Notes: generated by a model from the sequence alone, not told the origin. A DNA stretch of 64,000 bases from Marsupella aquatica (GCA_973895155.1 OZ316897.1:20153224-20217223), one strand, 5' to 3'; shown: positions 36,491 to 54,486, counted from the stretch's first letter. Program-made: numbers and translations.

Positions 36491-39400
36491 CAGCTCCACT
36501 GTTGTTGATGTCATCTTCACTATCTTTTAAAACTTCAAAGTTGTCGTCTCTCCTGTTTGTTCGAAGACTGGGGTTCCTGCATGAGCTTGTTAATCTACTG
36601 CTGAGAAGATCGTCCTTGCTGTCTTCTAAACCTTCCGATCCTCTAAGACAACAGTCAGTGTTCGTCCTCCTCCTTGCACTGAGAAAACTTTAACTACAAT
36701 TAGCGGAAACCGACCAAAAACGTAGATTGCACAAAGGGGTTCCATTAGTGTCATTCCAGTTACTTGTCCTCTCAGGAGGAAGGACACAGATTGTAGACGC
36801 CATCGTTATAAGGTCATTTCGACGAGCCATGACTAACAACTGACCAGGCCATGCGAAAGAGAACAATGGACCACTCCCAGATCAAAACTGAACACTGCCA
36901 GAGCATCAACGATAAAAATCACGAGTATGCCAAAGCATGGCAGAGCACCAACACCAGGTATACAGGCAAGCAATCAAAAACCCAAAATGATAAACCGAAG
37001 AAAATTCTTCCCAAACGAGCCAACCAACTCCGATGTCGCTCCAAAATTTAAAAAAGTTTGAACGGCTCCAAGAGTGGTGAAACCACTACAATCTGCACTT
37101 CAATTCGCGCTTTAGCGAAGGAAAGCCACCCGCCCCACACACATGGCAACGCACTCTGCACTCTCCCTTCTCTTGCCGCCGGTTTTCAAAGGCACCTGAT
37201 AAGAAGAAGCGGATCTCCTTAGATTAATTTATTACCAAATGTTTAATCTCCCCTAGATTTAAGCATAACCATTAGATTCTCGGTAGTGGGGTCCATGGCG
37301 AGGTGGAACTGGCCAGTTGAAAACAAAAGCCCTTAAGGTGGCTAATACTTTTCGATGAGATGGAAGTTGACAAATCTTTGTCACTGAAAATAAGTGTTGG
37401 GTAACCCATGGCCCCAACGGGATGAATTAGTCACCCAGTGGCCATGGGTAGAGAAAGGAGCAGGGTGAATATAATTCAGTTCTAGTTTGATGTGAAAACT
37501 GTGAAATTAGACCACCCTCAAAACAGGCAATTCAGGGCTAGGGTTCCTTGGAAAGCCATTTATGGCTCTCCATATAAATGCCTCTCCATACCTGCAGACT
37601 GCTGGCCGAAACGCCTGCGAAAATATAATATAAATCTTTTAAGAGATGCAACAGGCTCTTGGTGGAATGATAACCCAGTCTAGTGGGGAGGCACAGATAG
37701 AGGGTTTGAATCTCATTGGTGATCATTGTGTTGTTAACATAAATCACACACAAAAGTGGGGTTTACACAGCTTTTGAGACTCGTCTAAAAATGTGTATTT
37801 GTTTTTGGTTTTTGTGAGCGAGAGCAAAGGTGTGAGCAGGAAGCCGTCGGTACAAATGTCATTAATCACATTCCAAAGAATAGTCTCGTTGAATAACCGG
37901 CGAAATGTCATAAGGTCTAGGCGATGATGACAAGGGTTATGGCTCATAAGTATCCATTAGAAATATGAAGACGGTTTACGTTGCCGGCCATGCCCAATTA
38001 TGTCCCCTTCATTACTTCGCAGGTAATTGATGTCTCAGAGTGTTTTACTGTTTTGTTATTAGGCGTTTGGCAGTGGTCCTTCTATATCCACCGGAAATTC
38101 AATTCACGCAGCTTTGACGCGGAGGCGTGTGGTACTGTGATCTCATTAAAAATAGCACGGGGTGCAACATTATTACAGTAAGGGAATTAAGGAACAATTC
38201 ATGGGATTCCCTGTCTGAACGAGGCAACATCCTTCTGAAGTGGTCGAGGCAATATTTGACCAGCTTAAAAAAAGAAAGACTGTACCCATCACTGGAGTAA
38301 TCAATAGCGCGTGATCCAAACATTCACTTTGGGGGGCGATTGGCTATGCGCGTATTACCATTGATCTACGGGTGTATTAGGTTAATTACATTATTTGAGT
38401 TCGCGATGTTGATTAATAATGTGCTGTGATGAAAAGGTAATGCTCGGATGGGCACTACCATGACCCTTGCAACCCGGATGGACCAGGTTACTGTTCACTA
38501 GGAAAATATGTATGTTTTTTACAATGAAAGTGCTATTGTAATATAACAAAGGTTTTCTACACTTTCTTCGACTATAAAAGTGCTCGCCTAACCAGGTATT
38601 TTGTCAAACTTTTGATCTTGCACAAGACAAAGAATTACAGAATATTTGGGGAGGAGCCCAGCTCAAATATGAGACATTACAAAAATGGTGGTCTTGAAAT
38701 ATATAAGGGCAGATTAGAAAATGGGAAGTAAATTTAATTCAGACACAATAGCCTGACAGAACTCATATGAGTTGAAACGGCCCCCCCAAAATTGTAATTT
38801 CAAGACAAGTTTTGGTTAAGAATTTCATGAAGCATGAGAGAAAGTAGACTGAGAAAACTTTTGAGTGGTGAAAAATGTAGACGACCAGCAATCTGACCAA
38901 TAGAATTGAACAGTTGTTACAGATAAACTGTTAGATACCCAGTAAGTTCCAGTTCATTGACAGGTCTTATTAGTTTTGTCACTCCCACTGCACTAGAAAA
39001 ATTGTTGATTTAGTCTTCATCTTTGGTCTTGCTTCCCTCCTAGTATGGGCCTCACTGGTCTTCTGGGTACCGCAACCTTGGGTCAACCCGGGTGGCAATC
39101 CCCTTTAGTGGGCCACCCTTATCCTTGTCATATTTGGCTGGAATTCAGCTGGTTTTTTGAGGAAAGGAATAAAGTGACCACGTGAAAATCTGAACTAGTT
39201 AAAGTACAAACTGAAGCCAAGATGGAGAACCATGTTGGACATTATGGACCACATTATGGTGACCCATCCGAGTTAGGGTCACATAAAGTCCTAAAATTAT
39301 TTTTGGTTTTGCACCTACAACACAACTAGAGAAGGAAAACAACAGCCCAAATATTTCATGTTAATATAATGAAAATTAATCAAATGAAATCTACCCCTCC

Positions 39401-41727
39401 CCATTTAATGAAAAAAACTCAGCCTAAATGACCAGAAATTTGCTCTCACTTTGATGGAAGCAGAAGTTCTCTAACATATCAGTAACATCTAAAAATATTT
39501 TAAAGCAATGAATATCACTTTATTACAATTAAAAATCAGACGTGTGATGAACACTTCGTTTCCTAAAGTTATTACAATTAAATTAAATGTTTTTGGGAAA
39601 TGTGGTTTTCGCGGGTTTCGGAGACCAACCTTGTGGTCCATGGGACCTACAAATTCAGTTAAATTAACTTTTCACTATTTTGCCAAGTTACCATCACGGC
39701 TAGTGCCAAGAACCGGCAAGGTTTGACGGTCCCACGGACATCCGTTATGGCGGCCCGTCGGCGCCCCTGTCAGCTTTGCTCGTTGGCCAAGTCTGCAATC
39801 GAGACTCGGTGGGGCAGGGAGGCCAAGGACCGAGCAGCGAGCCTGGCCCGACCTGGTGGAGTGGTGGAGGCCGACGCCGAGGAGGGTAGCGACCGGTAAA
39901 GGAACGCGGAGCGGCGGAGAAGTCTACTGCCCTGTGGGACGGCCTTAGGTCGTGGGACGACCCTCCCCGACGGCTCCCAGATTAGTAAAGCGCAAACCGC
40001 GACACGAATGCCGTCGTTGTCGCCGTCGATCGGTGAAGCACACCTGTTTGGGTCTTCGGATGACTCGATGACTTTTCCTTGTTGTAATTACACAAGGCTT
40101 TTGATGACGCCTGGACCGTAGCAAACGCTTCATTAATTATTGTTTTTTTCCTTCCCATCCTGTGTGAATGACAAGGGTGCTAGTAACATTCTTTATCTGA
40201 TTTCGAAACATTATTTGCTGACAATCACGTCTCTCTTGATGGATGAAAGATGACTGTTGGATTTCAGCTAATGGGGTAGGTGACTAGATAAGAAACTGGC
40301 TAGGTAATTTTTGCCGTAAGGGGTGATATTTTTTGGGGAGGTGGAGTGTAGCAAATTCTGCCACTTAAAAAAAGGTGGTTGCAAAGCTCTTGGTCTAGTA
40401 CAGTCATACCATAGAGGAGTGCAGATAGGAAGACAATACCGCGGTAGAGATCATTGAGAGACTGGAATAATACCTAATGCTATCCTTGCTTCGTGTGGAT
40501 GATTGAAGGTAAAAGGTGTCACGATTGGGGTTACATGGTTCATAGGCTAGGTCCAAAGGAACATCATTTTCTATTATTTGTTTTGGTTTATTAATTTTAA
40601 ATGAATGTACACAGTCTGAATAGTCAATGGTCACATCAATATGTTTTGAATATTTTACATCACAAAATTATTGTGGGATTTTGCGAAACATGCCATGCAA
40701 TAAATTTGTGGAACATGTACTATATAGTCAACCCATTATTTTGTCTCTCGTTTTAGTTTAATTGGTGCAATGACTTGTTCCCATTGTTGTCTGGTTAACA
40801 AAGTAACTCTGGTTAAACTTCAAATGATCAAACAATCAAAATCCTAGTAGTTTCATCATCATATGCTTCACCACTCTCAAATTAACTTTATTAAACTTGC
40901 CATTTTGGGATGGGGGATTGGGGCAGCTAAACCAGGACTGAGCGGGTAGGGCAAGAACAAAATAAAAGACAAAACCCACCAAGGGTGCTGCAGATAGGCT
41001 AGAGTACATGGATGACGGTGATTGCAAGCTTGTTTCAAGTTAACTATAGTCAGTGTATGTTTAAAGAACAAGTAAAAACGACAAAATCATACTTAAATTG
41101 AAAAGAAAGAAACTAGAAAGTATATCTTTCTACCACAGTGACACTGTAAATAATAAATCTTACATCTAAAGCATTTTGTCATTGCGCGAACTGGGTCGAC
41201 ACTACCGGACACGCCGCCGTCAGAGTAAAGTGAACACAGTATCCCGTTGCGGTTGTAGGCCGCCGTCGACTGCGCCGGGACCGTGAAAGGACTGTACACA
41301 GTACACTGCTGGAGCGCAGCACCTTGCTACAGAGGGAACAGTTCCATTTCCCGGTCAGAAACAACCTTCCGGTAGTGACAGGCTCTCTGTCAAAGAGCCC
41401 CGGCCCGGTGTGCCCTGCCCCACGCCCGACGGCGGGGCGCTTCGTCGTCACTTCGGCTTCTCGTCCACCTCCAGACCTTCAGTCCTCCGTCCTTGCTCTG
41501 ACGCTTCCGCTCCGTTCTGACATCACAGTCATCGCATCGCCCGGGCAGGCAGGCAGGGAGGCAGGAAGGCAGTCTGGCAGAGGAGCAGTGCAGGCAGCAG
41601 GGGGGCAGGCACGCACGCACGCACGGGCGGGCCAGCGGGCGGGGTGGCAGGCGGGAGCGCGATTGGGGGCAGGTGGGCTGGGTGTGCGAGCAAGAAGACT
41701 CCTCCTTCTTCTTCAAGCGCTCTCACA

Positions 41728-41917
41728 TGACGGTAACTTTGATCGGGCAGGGGGCAATATGCTGAGTTCGAGCCCCTCTCTCGTGACGGTAACTTTGATC
41801 GGGCAGGGGGCAATATGCTGAGTTCGAGCCCCTCTCTCGTGACGGTAACTTTGATCGGGCAGGGAGCAATATGCTGAGTTCGAGCCCCTCTCTCGTGACG
41901 GTAACTTTGATCGGGCA
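41728..41917. repeat. 56-bp tandem repeat (~3.4 copies) upstream of the CDPK
   Basis: gacggtaactttgatcgggcagggggcaatatgctgagttcgagcccctctctcgt at 41729, 41785 and 41841; partial at 41897. Confidence 0.95.
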
Positions 41918-42625
41918 TGGAGAAGATGCGGAGTTCGAGAGCAGCAGTATGAGCGCTGTTTCGGTTGCAATTGGTGAGACGCACAAAATGAAGGGAAGGG
42001 CTGAGGTAATTAAGTAAGAAAGCGGGGGAGTGAGCGAAGGTCGGGGCACACTGGGGCAGGGCAGGGTTGGAGGGGGACGTGCAGATAGGCACCTTTATCC
42101 CAGATAGGCGTTGGTCACTGCCAGATCACAGAGGCAACACGAGAGGCGAGGCGAGGCGAGGAGAATATCGAGGAGAGGGGAGGAAGGGGACCGGCGTCGA
42201 GGAGGAGATGCGAAGATTCTTCGTCGGTCGAACGATCAGGAAGTTCAACAGAGGGCGAAGAGAAGAGAAGAGCGAAGAAGCAGAAGCAGAAGAAGAAGGA
42301 GGAGGAGAGGAGAGGAGTGGAGTGGTGTGGGTGAATCGCGGAAGCAGAGAAGGAGGAAGGGAGGACGAGCGACGACGAGGTGGGCTTGTCTTGTTGCGTT
42401 TTAGGCGTCGAGAAAGGAGGAGAAGAGGTGACGAAAGGAGAAGCGTATAGCCGATCTGGCGTTGGGGCGGAGGTGGAGCTTGTTTTGTTGGGTGGTTTTG
42501 TGTGGAAGGCTTAGGTGAAAGAAAGCTGAAGCGGAGTCAGGAGAGGGAGTGGGTGGTAGTGCTCATGTCCTTAGAGAGAGGGCGAAGACGAGGAAGGTGA
42601 GAATACGAGCAAAGGGGAGGCAGGC

Positions 42626-46804
<4,179 letters not shown>

Positions 46805-49454
46805 GAGAGCACTTTTAAAGATCAATGGTTAAACGAATCAAAGGTCATCACAGACCTTATTGTGGACCTGATCAGAGCCTTTCTACAACCTTCTTATTGA
46901 GTCGCTGGGCAGGGCCCCCTGGTGTGGGAAGGATACTATCTAAGGGTTCTGCCTCAGTCGTCTGCCTTCCGAGTCTTCGGTAACCTATGGATTTGATCTT
47001 CGACTTCCAGGAGAGACGAGCTTTAGGGGTGTTAAGTGGGGTCGTAGACATGTACTATCTGTAGAGATATATGCAAAGCGGGATATCAAAGACATGGAGG
47101 AGAAAGAGTGCAAGCTTTTGAGCCTTCAAGCATCTGTAGTTTTAAAGGCATTGATAAGGCCTGCCCGTGACCCTGCACTGGGGTCATGTCCCCATGAGTC
47201 TGTTATTTGCAGGATTGGTTTTCGGCAAGCTGATTCTCACATACCCAGTTAGAATGTTTGTTAGCAAATTAACCAGGTTGTCACTGGCTTGGAACCTGGA
47301 GGAGTTGTTGTCTACATGTGGATTCATTGGATCTACCTCTGAGTTCTGAGTTTAGCCAAGAAGGTCTGGATACAGTTCGTTGGAAGTTTCCACATTGTCC
47401 AAAGCTGACAGTCGGACGGTGTACAAAGAAGAGCTGCATATTTTGTACAATCATTCTTGTGAAATGCTTGCTTTTGGGTTCCTTCAGCAGGTAGAGATTT
47501 ACCCTTACTCCCAGATTTCCTGGCTGGCCTCTATGCCTGACATGACTAGGATGATTTCAGCCAGTGAGAATCTTGGGGGACCACTAATCCAAACATGATC
47601 TCCGACTGTAGGGTGGCGAACAGTTTCCGGTGCTTAAATGAGAGTTTTGGGAACCTCAAGGTCGTTGGCTTGGTAGGTTTTGAGTGAGAAAAATGAAATT
47701 CTTCTGGGGGATGTGTGTCGTCAGTGACATGGACATTCTAGAGTTTTTCGTGTTCGACTATGAGAGAAGGAAATACATCCCCAGCTGAGTCTTTTCTCCA
47801 TCAAACCGGAAGACAGCGGGGGCTGTTAGAAGAGCATCTCCTTGGCAAATATCGTGGATTACACGTATCATTTGTCAATTGAATTTTATTCTTCCTATCA
47901 TTTCGCCTGGCTAAGGCCATAAATCAAAGACGTAAGACTGGCTCAGCGGTAGTCTGCATCATTCCGTAGAACGAGATTGTAACACTACATCCTAACTAGT
48001 TGGATACATAATTTTTTAAATCAACTAGGGATCTCTTGTGTCAGTAATTTACGTATACCACTAGTTCAAGTGTACCCATTTGTATCACAAACCTGTAAGT
48101 GTTTAGTCATTCTTTTGATACGTAGGTCAAGCGTACCTCGAGTTTTTTGGACAATTGTGTTCCAATGACATGGTAATAATGCATGAAAAAGTTGTGATCT
48201 CTCTTTACACCTATTATCACGCTTCACCGGTTGTCACCCTTCAGTTAACTGTCTTCACTTCAAAGAAGGCTCCTTTCATTACTGTTTCGGCCTCTATTAA
48301 CTCTATCAATTACAGTGAAACCTTGATAAGTGCAACCTTCATAAGCCAGATCCCGTGATATATTGCAAAAATTGTTGTGTAATAAAGGTGCCCAGGTGTG
48401 CAGCTTTCCTCCATTCCTGATTAGTGAAATTCTCATCCATGAAAAGTTTTCCAAATAAGACGGATTCCTTCATGTATTGCGCTAACTAATTGCTAGCAAG
48501 TGCGATAATTCTTAGGGTGAGTAATGTTGCTCAGAAATTGCAGTTACCAACTAGTGACTGTATTTCGGATCTTCCCTTCCCTCTTCATTAGTCGTGCCTT
48601 ACATTCGCCGCACAATCTACCCATCACACTACCGTTTTATCTCTTCGTCGATTTCACAAAATACAGGGAATTCAATGCAACGAGTCGAGACCCTGGCATC
48701 AGCAAATTGGGTGATGTTCGTATCAACAACACAAAGCTCCGACGCAAGGTCATCATTTATTTGGCAGACCTAAGCAATCCCACCTCTCTACTGCTGAAGT
48801 ACAAGAAGAAACAGGCTTCCATTGGCTTCTGCGGATGCAAAAACAAACTGTATCCATTTCGTGCCTGTCCCCCACCAAACAAAAAACCCGAAAACAATTC
48901 CATGGACTCATCGTTCAAAACTTTAAATTGCTGTAAGGTAAGCCTAGAAAGCAAACTCAGAGGAGAAAACCCAGGAAGCAAATGGCAAGCTTGCAGTTAC
49001 AAGAGACATGGATTTTTTCCAAACCATCGGCGCATCATCTGGAACCTCAACTAGAACTTTTGATTTGACATCATTGAACCGTCCCACTTCAAGGGTGAGT
49101 GGGGAACCTCACGTACAGCAGAGCTGGGTGTGCAATCATCCCGATGGGCGAGACCGGGATGCCTAGAACACTGACCTCTTTAAACTCCTAGAAAGAGTTT
49201 TACATTCACATTCTTGGTCTTCCGGAGTACCCATTTTCTGATGGGCAAGCCGGTGGTCTGGGAATTGCCCTACTTCTGTCGAAGAGAGGATTTTGAAAAG
49301 CCTCCGAGATACTTCTCCTGCAATTTCACTGTACTTTTGTACAATCTCTGCAATTTAACTCCACAGTCCAGCATGTACTGGAAATTTCTATTCAAAAAGA
49401 AATTTGGAGCTCCACCTTGAGCACTATTTACATTTCAAACAAACCAAGATGCTT

Positions 49455-51861
49455 TTATGCTTTAAAAAACCATCTCCCTGTTTGAGCTATGGCAGTAGTG
49501 CTGGAGAGGAGAGACTTCGTGTCTGGGCGCCATCTGAACTCCTTCAGCATCACGACAACATCCCCAAAGCCTGGACTTATTTCTGAGTCACGAATGTTGC
49601 TGCAATACACTACCCGCAGTCTTTGCAGCTCCTTGCACGCCATTGCCACGGTCTCCAGACCCGCTGCCGTTACCAACGAGCAGCCATCAAGGGACAAAAG
49701 CCTCACCTTCCTGCAATGACACATGTAAGGCCCACTCAGGATTTTCAGTTAACTAATTTCATAATTTCAGAGGATTTAGGAACTCAACTTCAAGTGCAAT
49801 CCTTGTCCAGTACTTATAGAAGGCAAGGCCAAAGACTTGCCAGACACCAATTAACTATGAGCTTATGCCATGTTCTCTACGGTCCCAGATAATCCCACGG
49901 ACTGATTTTATCCAGAATCTAATTGATTACTCTGGGATGCCAAGAATTGGTGCATGTTTGACAACTGCCCCTCGGGATCAGAAATGAACGCCAACGAGGA
50001 TTTGTTTGCTATCAAAGCCCACACGAGCAGATTCTGTTGCAACGCATTTCGGATCCAATGGACATTGCCAATTGAACTCCTAGTAAACAATCAAGTCCGT
50101 AGGTGGGTGTTCATCAGAATCAAAGCCAAGGTTCTTATAGCGTCTTCAAGCCTAATCTCGAAGCCCGCTTCTGAACTGTCGTAGACGACAACGATCTTAT
50201 CTATTCGGTATGTCTAATCTCTGTGCCAACTCAGACTATGCTTCATCTGAAGTCTAACGAACGATTCGGAAGCATACCAAATTCTTTCCCTGTTACATCG
50301 ACAACCACAAGAACAGTCCTACAAGAAGCGACAGAAAAGCTTGGCAGTGGTTAAGATAAAGGCTAACTTACTTGCAATTAGCTGCCAGTGTAAATGATTC
50401 ATCGTCCAAGCCCCAGCAGTCCTGGAATTCCAGCTCCCTAGTGTTCGCACAAACAGTGAGCAGTGCAGCCAATCCAGCTCGGTCACGGAGGTCACAGCAC
50501 ACCAGCTGTAGCTTCTCTAAGGTTTGACAGCTCTTAATGTGCTCGTACGGTCCCGGCCTGCGATCGATGAATTTACAGCTCTCGAGACGTAACGTGATGA
50601 GGCTCTGATAGTAACCGAGAGCTGCGACCCACCCTTCCTGGAACCCCGTGCTCGACAGCGTCAGCTCCTCCAGCATCAAACAACACTGCCCAATTGCAGC
50701 AATGCCGGCAAAGCTCGCTTCACAACCACTCAATTCCAACCTCAGGAGGCGACGGCACCTGTTAGCCAGGATTGTGAGCCCAACATCTGTGAATGAACAA
50801 TTCGAGAACCCTGGAACTGTACCAACTAGTCTCAGAATTTGTACATTTTGGCACGTTACTATAGAAGTGATTGTCTCATCCGTGCATTGATGGATCTCCA
50901 GGTCTTGTAGCGTTGGACACCCCCTGCCAAGAGCCACCAGACCGGCCTCCCCTTGATTGGACCCCTTCCCTTGTTGGCCCCCCTTCTTTCCCAGTTCTCC
51001 ATCCGATTCCCCTTCCGTTTTCACAGCACCTCCAGCTTTGGTTGCCTTTTCCATCCCAGCATCTGCATTGTCGGGCACTGATTTCCTTAACTCTTCCTCG
51101 TTAATCCCAACCTTCCTTTGCTCATCTCCCACTCCTGTTCCCGCTCCTGCATGGTCCAAGCTCTCATCTCTTACTGCATTTTCACCGTTCCTCACCACCA
51201 GCTCCCCATCTCTAGTGTTTTCACCATCCTTCGTCGCTATATTATCCCCACCGTTCGCCAGAGTCGCTGGTACAGCATCACCCACATCCCTGAGCAACTG
51301 CACAGGTTTTTGCCCGGCCTTCTCGTTGGCTGAAACGAACTCCCACTCGGAGAAGGCGCTCCCCGACCCATGGCTGTTGCTGCAATCGACCAAGCGGAGC
51401 CGTTGCAAGTCTGGGCAGCCGGACGCCAGCACGGCAAGGCCACGATCCAGGGCCTCAGGTGAGACTTGTTGGGTCCGAATGCAAGCCTCCAAGGAGAAGG
51501 GCTTGTCTTCCCGTGTCACGTAGGGAAACAGGGGTAACATCAGCTGAGGCATGCCTAGGAGAATGGAATTATTTCTGGGCACATCTTGCATGCATGCCCA
51601 GGTGAGGTCAAGGTCGGTAAGGTTGGGGAATCGTTGAACTAGACGCCCGGACTCTAGGAAGTGCCAATCTAGCAGCCTGAGGGAGCGGTGTAGCTTGCCG
51701 ACCGCACGTAGCCAGCGATGGCATACTAAGCTGCAGGGAACTCGAGCTGATTCCGGGATTGCTAGCAGGATGTGCTGGAGGAGGGTATCACTCAGTCCTG
51801 CCGTAATGTCCGTCTTAGCCGGGTCAATTTTATTGCCCTGCCCCTTCGCAGGAGCGCGCAT
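49455..51861 (-). CDS. F-box/LRR-repeat protein
   Basis: join(51861-50372, 49710-49455), in frame across AA|G. F-box LSDTLLQHILLAIP..CSLVCHRWL; Cys-containing LRRs (GCPDLQRLRL, GCPTLQDLEI, TDVGLTILANRCRRLLRLELSGC); C-terminal WRPDTKSLL. Confidence 0.92.
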
Positions 51862-54486
51862 GCTTGCTCCCTCTCTCTGTCCAGCTTCCTCCTGCTCCTT
51901 TTCCGTGTTTGCTTCTATATCTTTCTCTTTTTCTATCTACTTCACATGTCTCTGCTTCTGTTTCGTCTAATCAAGCTTCCTTCCTCTTCAGCACATCAGT
52001 GCTCCGAGGTGGGGAATGGGACTTGTTCCCCAATCCTGACTATTGAGGCTACTCTCCCGTTCCGCGTCTCACTGTCAGTCTATGGGCATCAATTTCGTTC
52101 CCAAAATACAGGAGCAATCCAGTCTTCTTCAACATGCGAATGCCTCGAGAGTGGCTTTTTTCCAAATCTGTTGGACTCCTCACCTCTTTTCCAATGCTGA
52201 ATTGAATCCACAGCAGGAACAGTGCACAGATGTAGCATCGCACAACCCTGGATCTACACAACCTGACTCAGTCACCCAAACTCATTGGTTTCACCGATCT
52301 GCTTCAAATTTTGTCCATCCACCTTCGTCTACTATGCTGATCTCCTCGAAAGAACTGCCGTCCACAATCTATGACCGACAAGGCTCTCCAGGATCCAATG
52401 TTGGCTCTGCGCTGTCTCTCTCTCCCTTACCTTCAGTCAAGATGATCCGGTCTTCGAACCATCCCGGTCAAATTAGGGAAGGGAAAAACTGTCCAAGCAC
52501 TCCACTGCAATGTCCGCCGCTCCACTCGACCACCCCCACGGGTGAGTAGAGCACTAGGGGACAAGAACATGGGTTTGACACGGAGATACAAATCATCAGC
52601 AGTGTCCGTTTTGACCTCACGAACTATGCTTTTTGGCCCTCTCCACACAGTCGTCCAGCTGCTCCCGAAGCGCAGGCCGAAAGGCCCCTTTCGCCCACCC
52701 GTTCCCGTCCCAGGCAGATAGTCTCAGTGTGGATCTTTCCTCTCCCACTCACCGCTCCCAATTCAAGATCCAGCCCGCCACTTTCCACGACGTCTTCACC
52801 TTCAATCTTCCTTCGTTCCTTGCAATCCAATCCAGCCCCACCGCAGCAGTGCCCACCTTCACTTTTTTCCTCTAAAGTTCCGTTAATCTCAAATGCAATC
52901 TTATTAGTCCCCTTCAGTCACATTCAATCCATAATTCTTCACTAAGGTCCCCTTTCTCTCATCCAAATGCAATTCACTCCGTCCTCTCGAAGTTCTTCTC
53001 TACGGTCCCCTCCTCTCATCCCCACTCCAATCACTCCGCCCTCTATCAGCAGTGGGCTCCCTTGACCTCTCTGTCGCGCTCTCCTCTCTCCCTTATCTTC
53101 TGTTCTGATGTCAATGTGGCAACAACACACTGTTCGTCCGAGGAACATGGGGAAGAAGAACAGCTCTTGTGATGACACTGTCTTGCTCACTTCTTGCACT
53201 GTGGCCGTTGTTCGAGTTCGTTCCGTTGGGTTGGTCTCAGCACTTCTAGTGGGGTCCCCAGGGAGTGCGGGCAGGAGGGCAGCATTGCTTTCATACGAGC
53301 GGTCCGAATGTATCGAAAAGGTCTCGGGTTTGGTACCTCGTCTCTCTCTCTTGAATCTTCTCATCATGCATCCGCTCGTCCTCCTCCCTACTCAATCATC
53401 AGTCCTCTTTCACCCTCACCACCGATATCAATTGGACAGCCTTACTTTTAGCTACCTCCCAATGTACGGGTAATAATAAGCCTTTCAGTTTTCATTCCAT
53501 ATGCAAACAACGATAAATAATTGTAGCATGCACCGACTCATTATTCATCTCAGGCACCCCTAGTCCCCTTTGTCCTGCCTGCGGGCAGAAGGATTCCATC
53601 TCCTGCCCGATGCTGGTAGACTCCCTAGCTCCAAGACAACAACCAGATTTCCCGGCCAGGTCAAATTTCCTCCCTCCATTCTCGCGGGAGGCTTTGTTTG
53701 ACTTTTCCAGTCCATTCTTTCATCCTTTGACAGACTCTCTCTGACTCTCAGAGTCTGAGACTGGAGTTCACGAGTTGAGCTAAAATCCAAACGGCGAAGG
53801 GGAATGAACGAATGAACCCAGAATGCAAGCGGCAGGCGATGAATCCTGCCCGAGTGCCGACGTTCCCGTGTGATCACAACCGGCCCCACCTTCAATCTCC
53901 ACTCTGTCTTAATTAACTTGCTCTCAATCATCAATCATTCACTGTCGCTCATCGTCCCGTCCGTCCGTTACTCCGTTAGGCCAGAAAGAGAATGACGACC
54001 GCCTCTTCTTTACAGTTCTTTTCATGGGGGTTTGCGATCTTGGCGAGACAGAAGTAGTATCACGACAAGACGCGCATCCCGAGCCCTGTCTCCTAGCTCA
54101 CCGCGTCCTAATTGAATCCATCGCAACGGCGATTTTCTCCAAAATTCTCACGCACCGAGGTCGTACTCACTCCAAGACTCCATGACTCCATCGCCGCCGA
54201 GTCGCCGAGCTTTCCCAAATCACGCGGCTGGCTTTCTCTCAATACGTACAGATACGGTATCTTTGTGAGATACGGCGTCGCTCTATACAAGCACAAGCTG
54301 TGAAGCTGAGGGAGGGTACGTACGGTGATACGGTATGTTGGCCTTTAGATCAACAACACGTATTGATCCGGAGTTTAACTAGCCGGCCTTTACCGTAGGT
54401 ACTACTCTAGGTGTCAATGCATGGTAAAATTTACAGTGGGACTGGAGGGGTACCTTGTTAGAGCATTCACATGGTAATTGTGTGAG

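Noticed and set aside
41728-41917. tRNA genes or SINEs (GTTCGAG B-box-like motif)
   Set aside because: The 56-bp unit cannot form a cloverleaf, and there is no clear A box or poly-T terminator.
41324-42450. ORFs of 100-187 aa upstream of the CDPK
   Set aside because: Low-complexity products of GC-rich, GA-rich and tandem-repeat leader sequence.
48524-49054. 176-aa ORF between the CDPK and F-box genes
   Set aside because: No homology recognised; probably antisense to the F-box 3'UTR.
52043-53934. ORFs of 120-168 aa upstream of the F-box gene as genes or conserved-peptide uORFs
   Set aside because: No recognisable motif or splice structure. Likely 5'UTR/promoter; conservation cannot be tested here.
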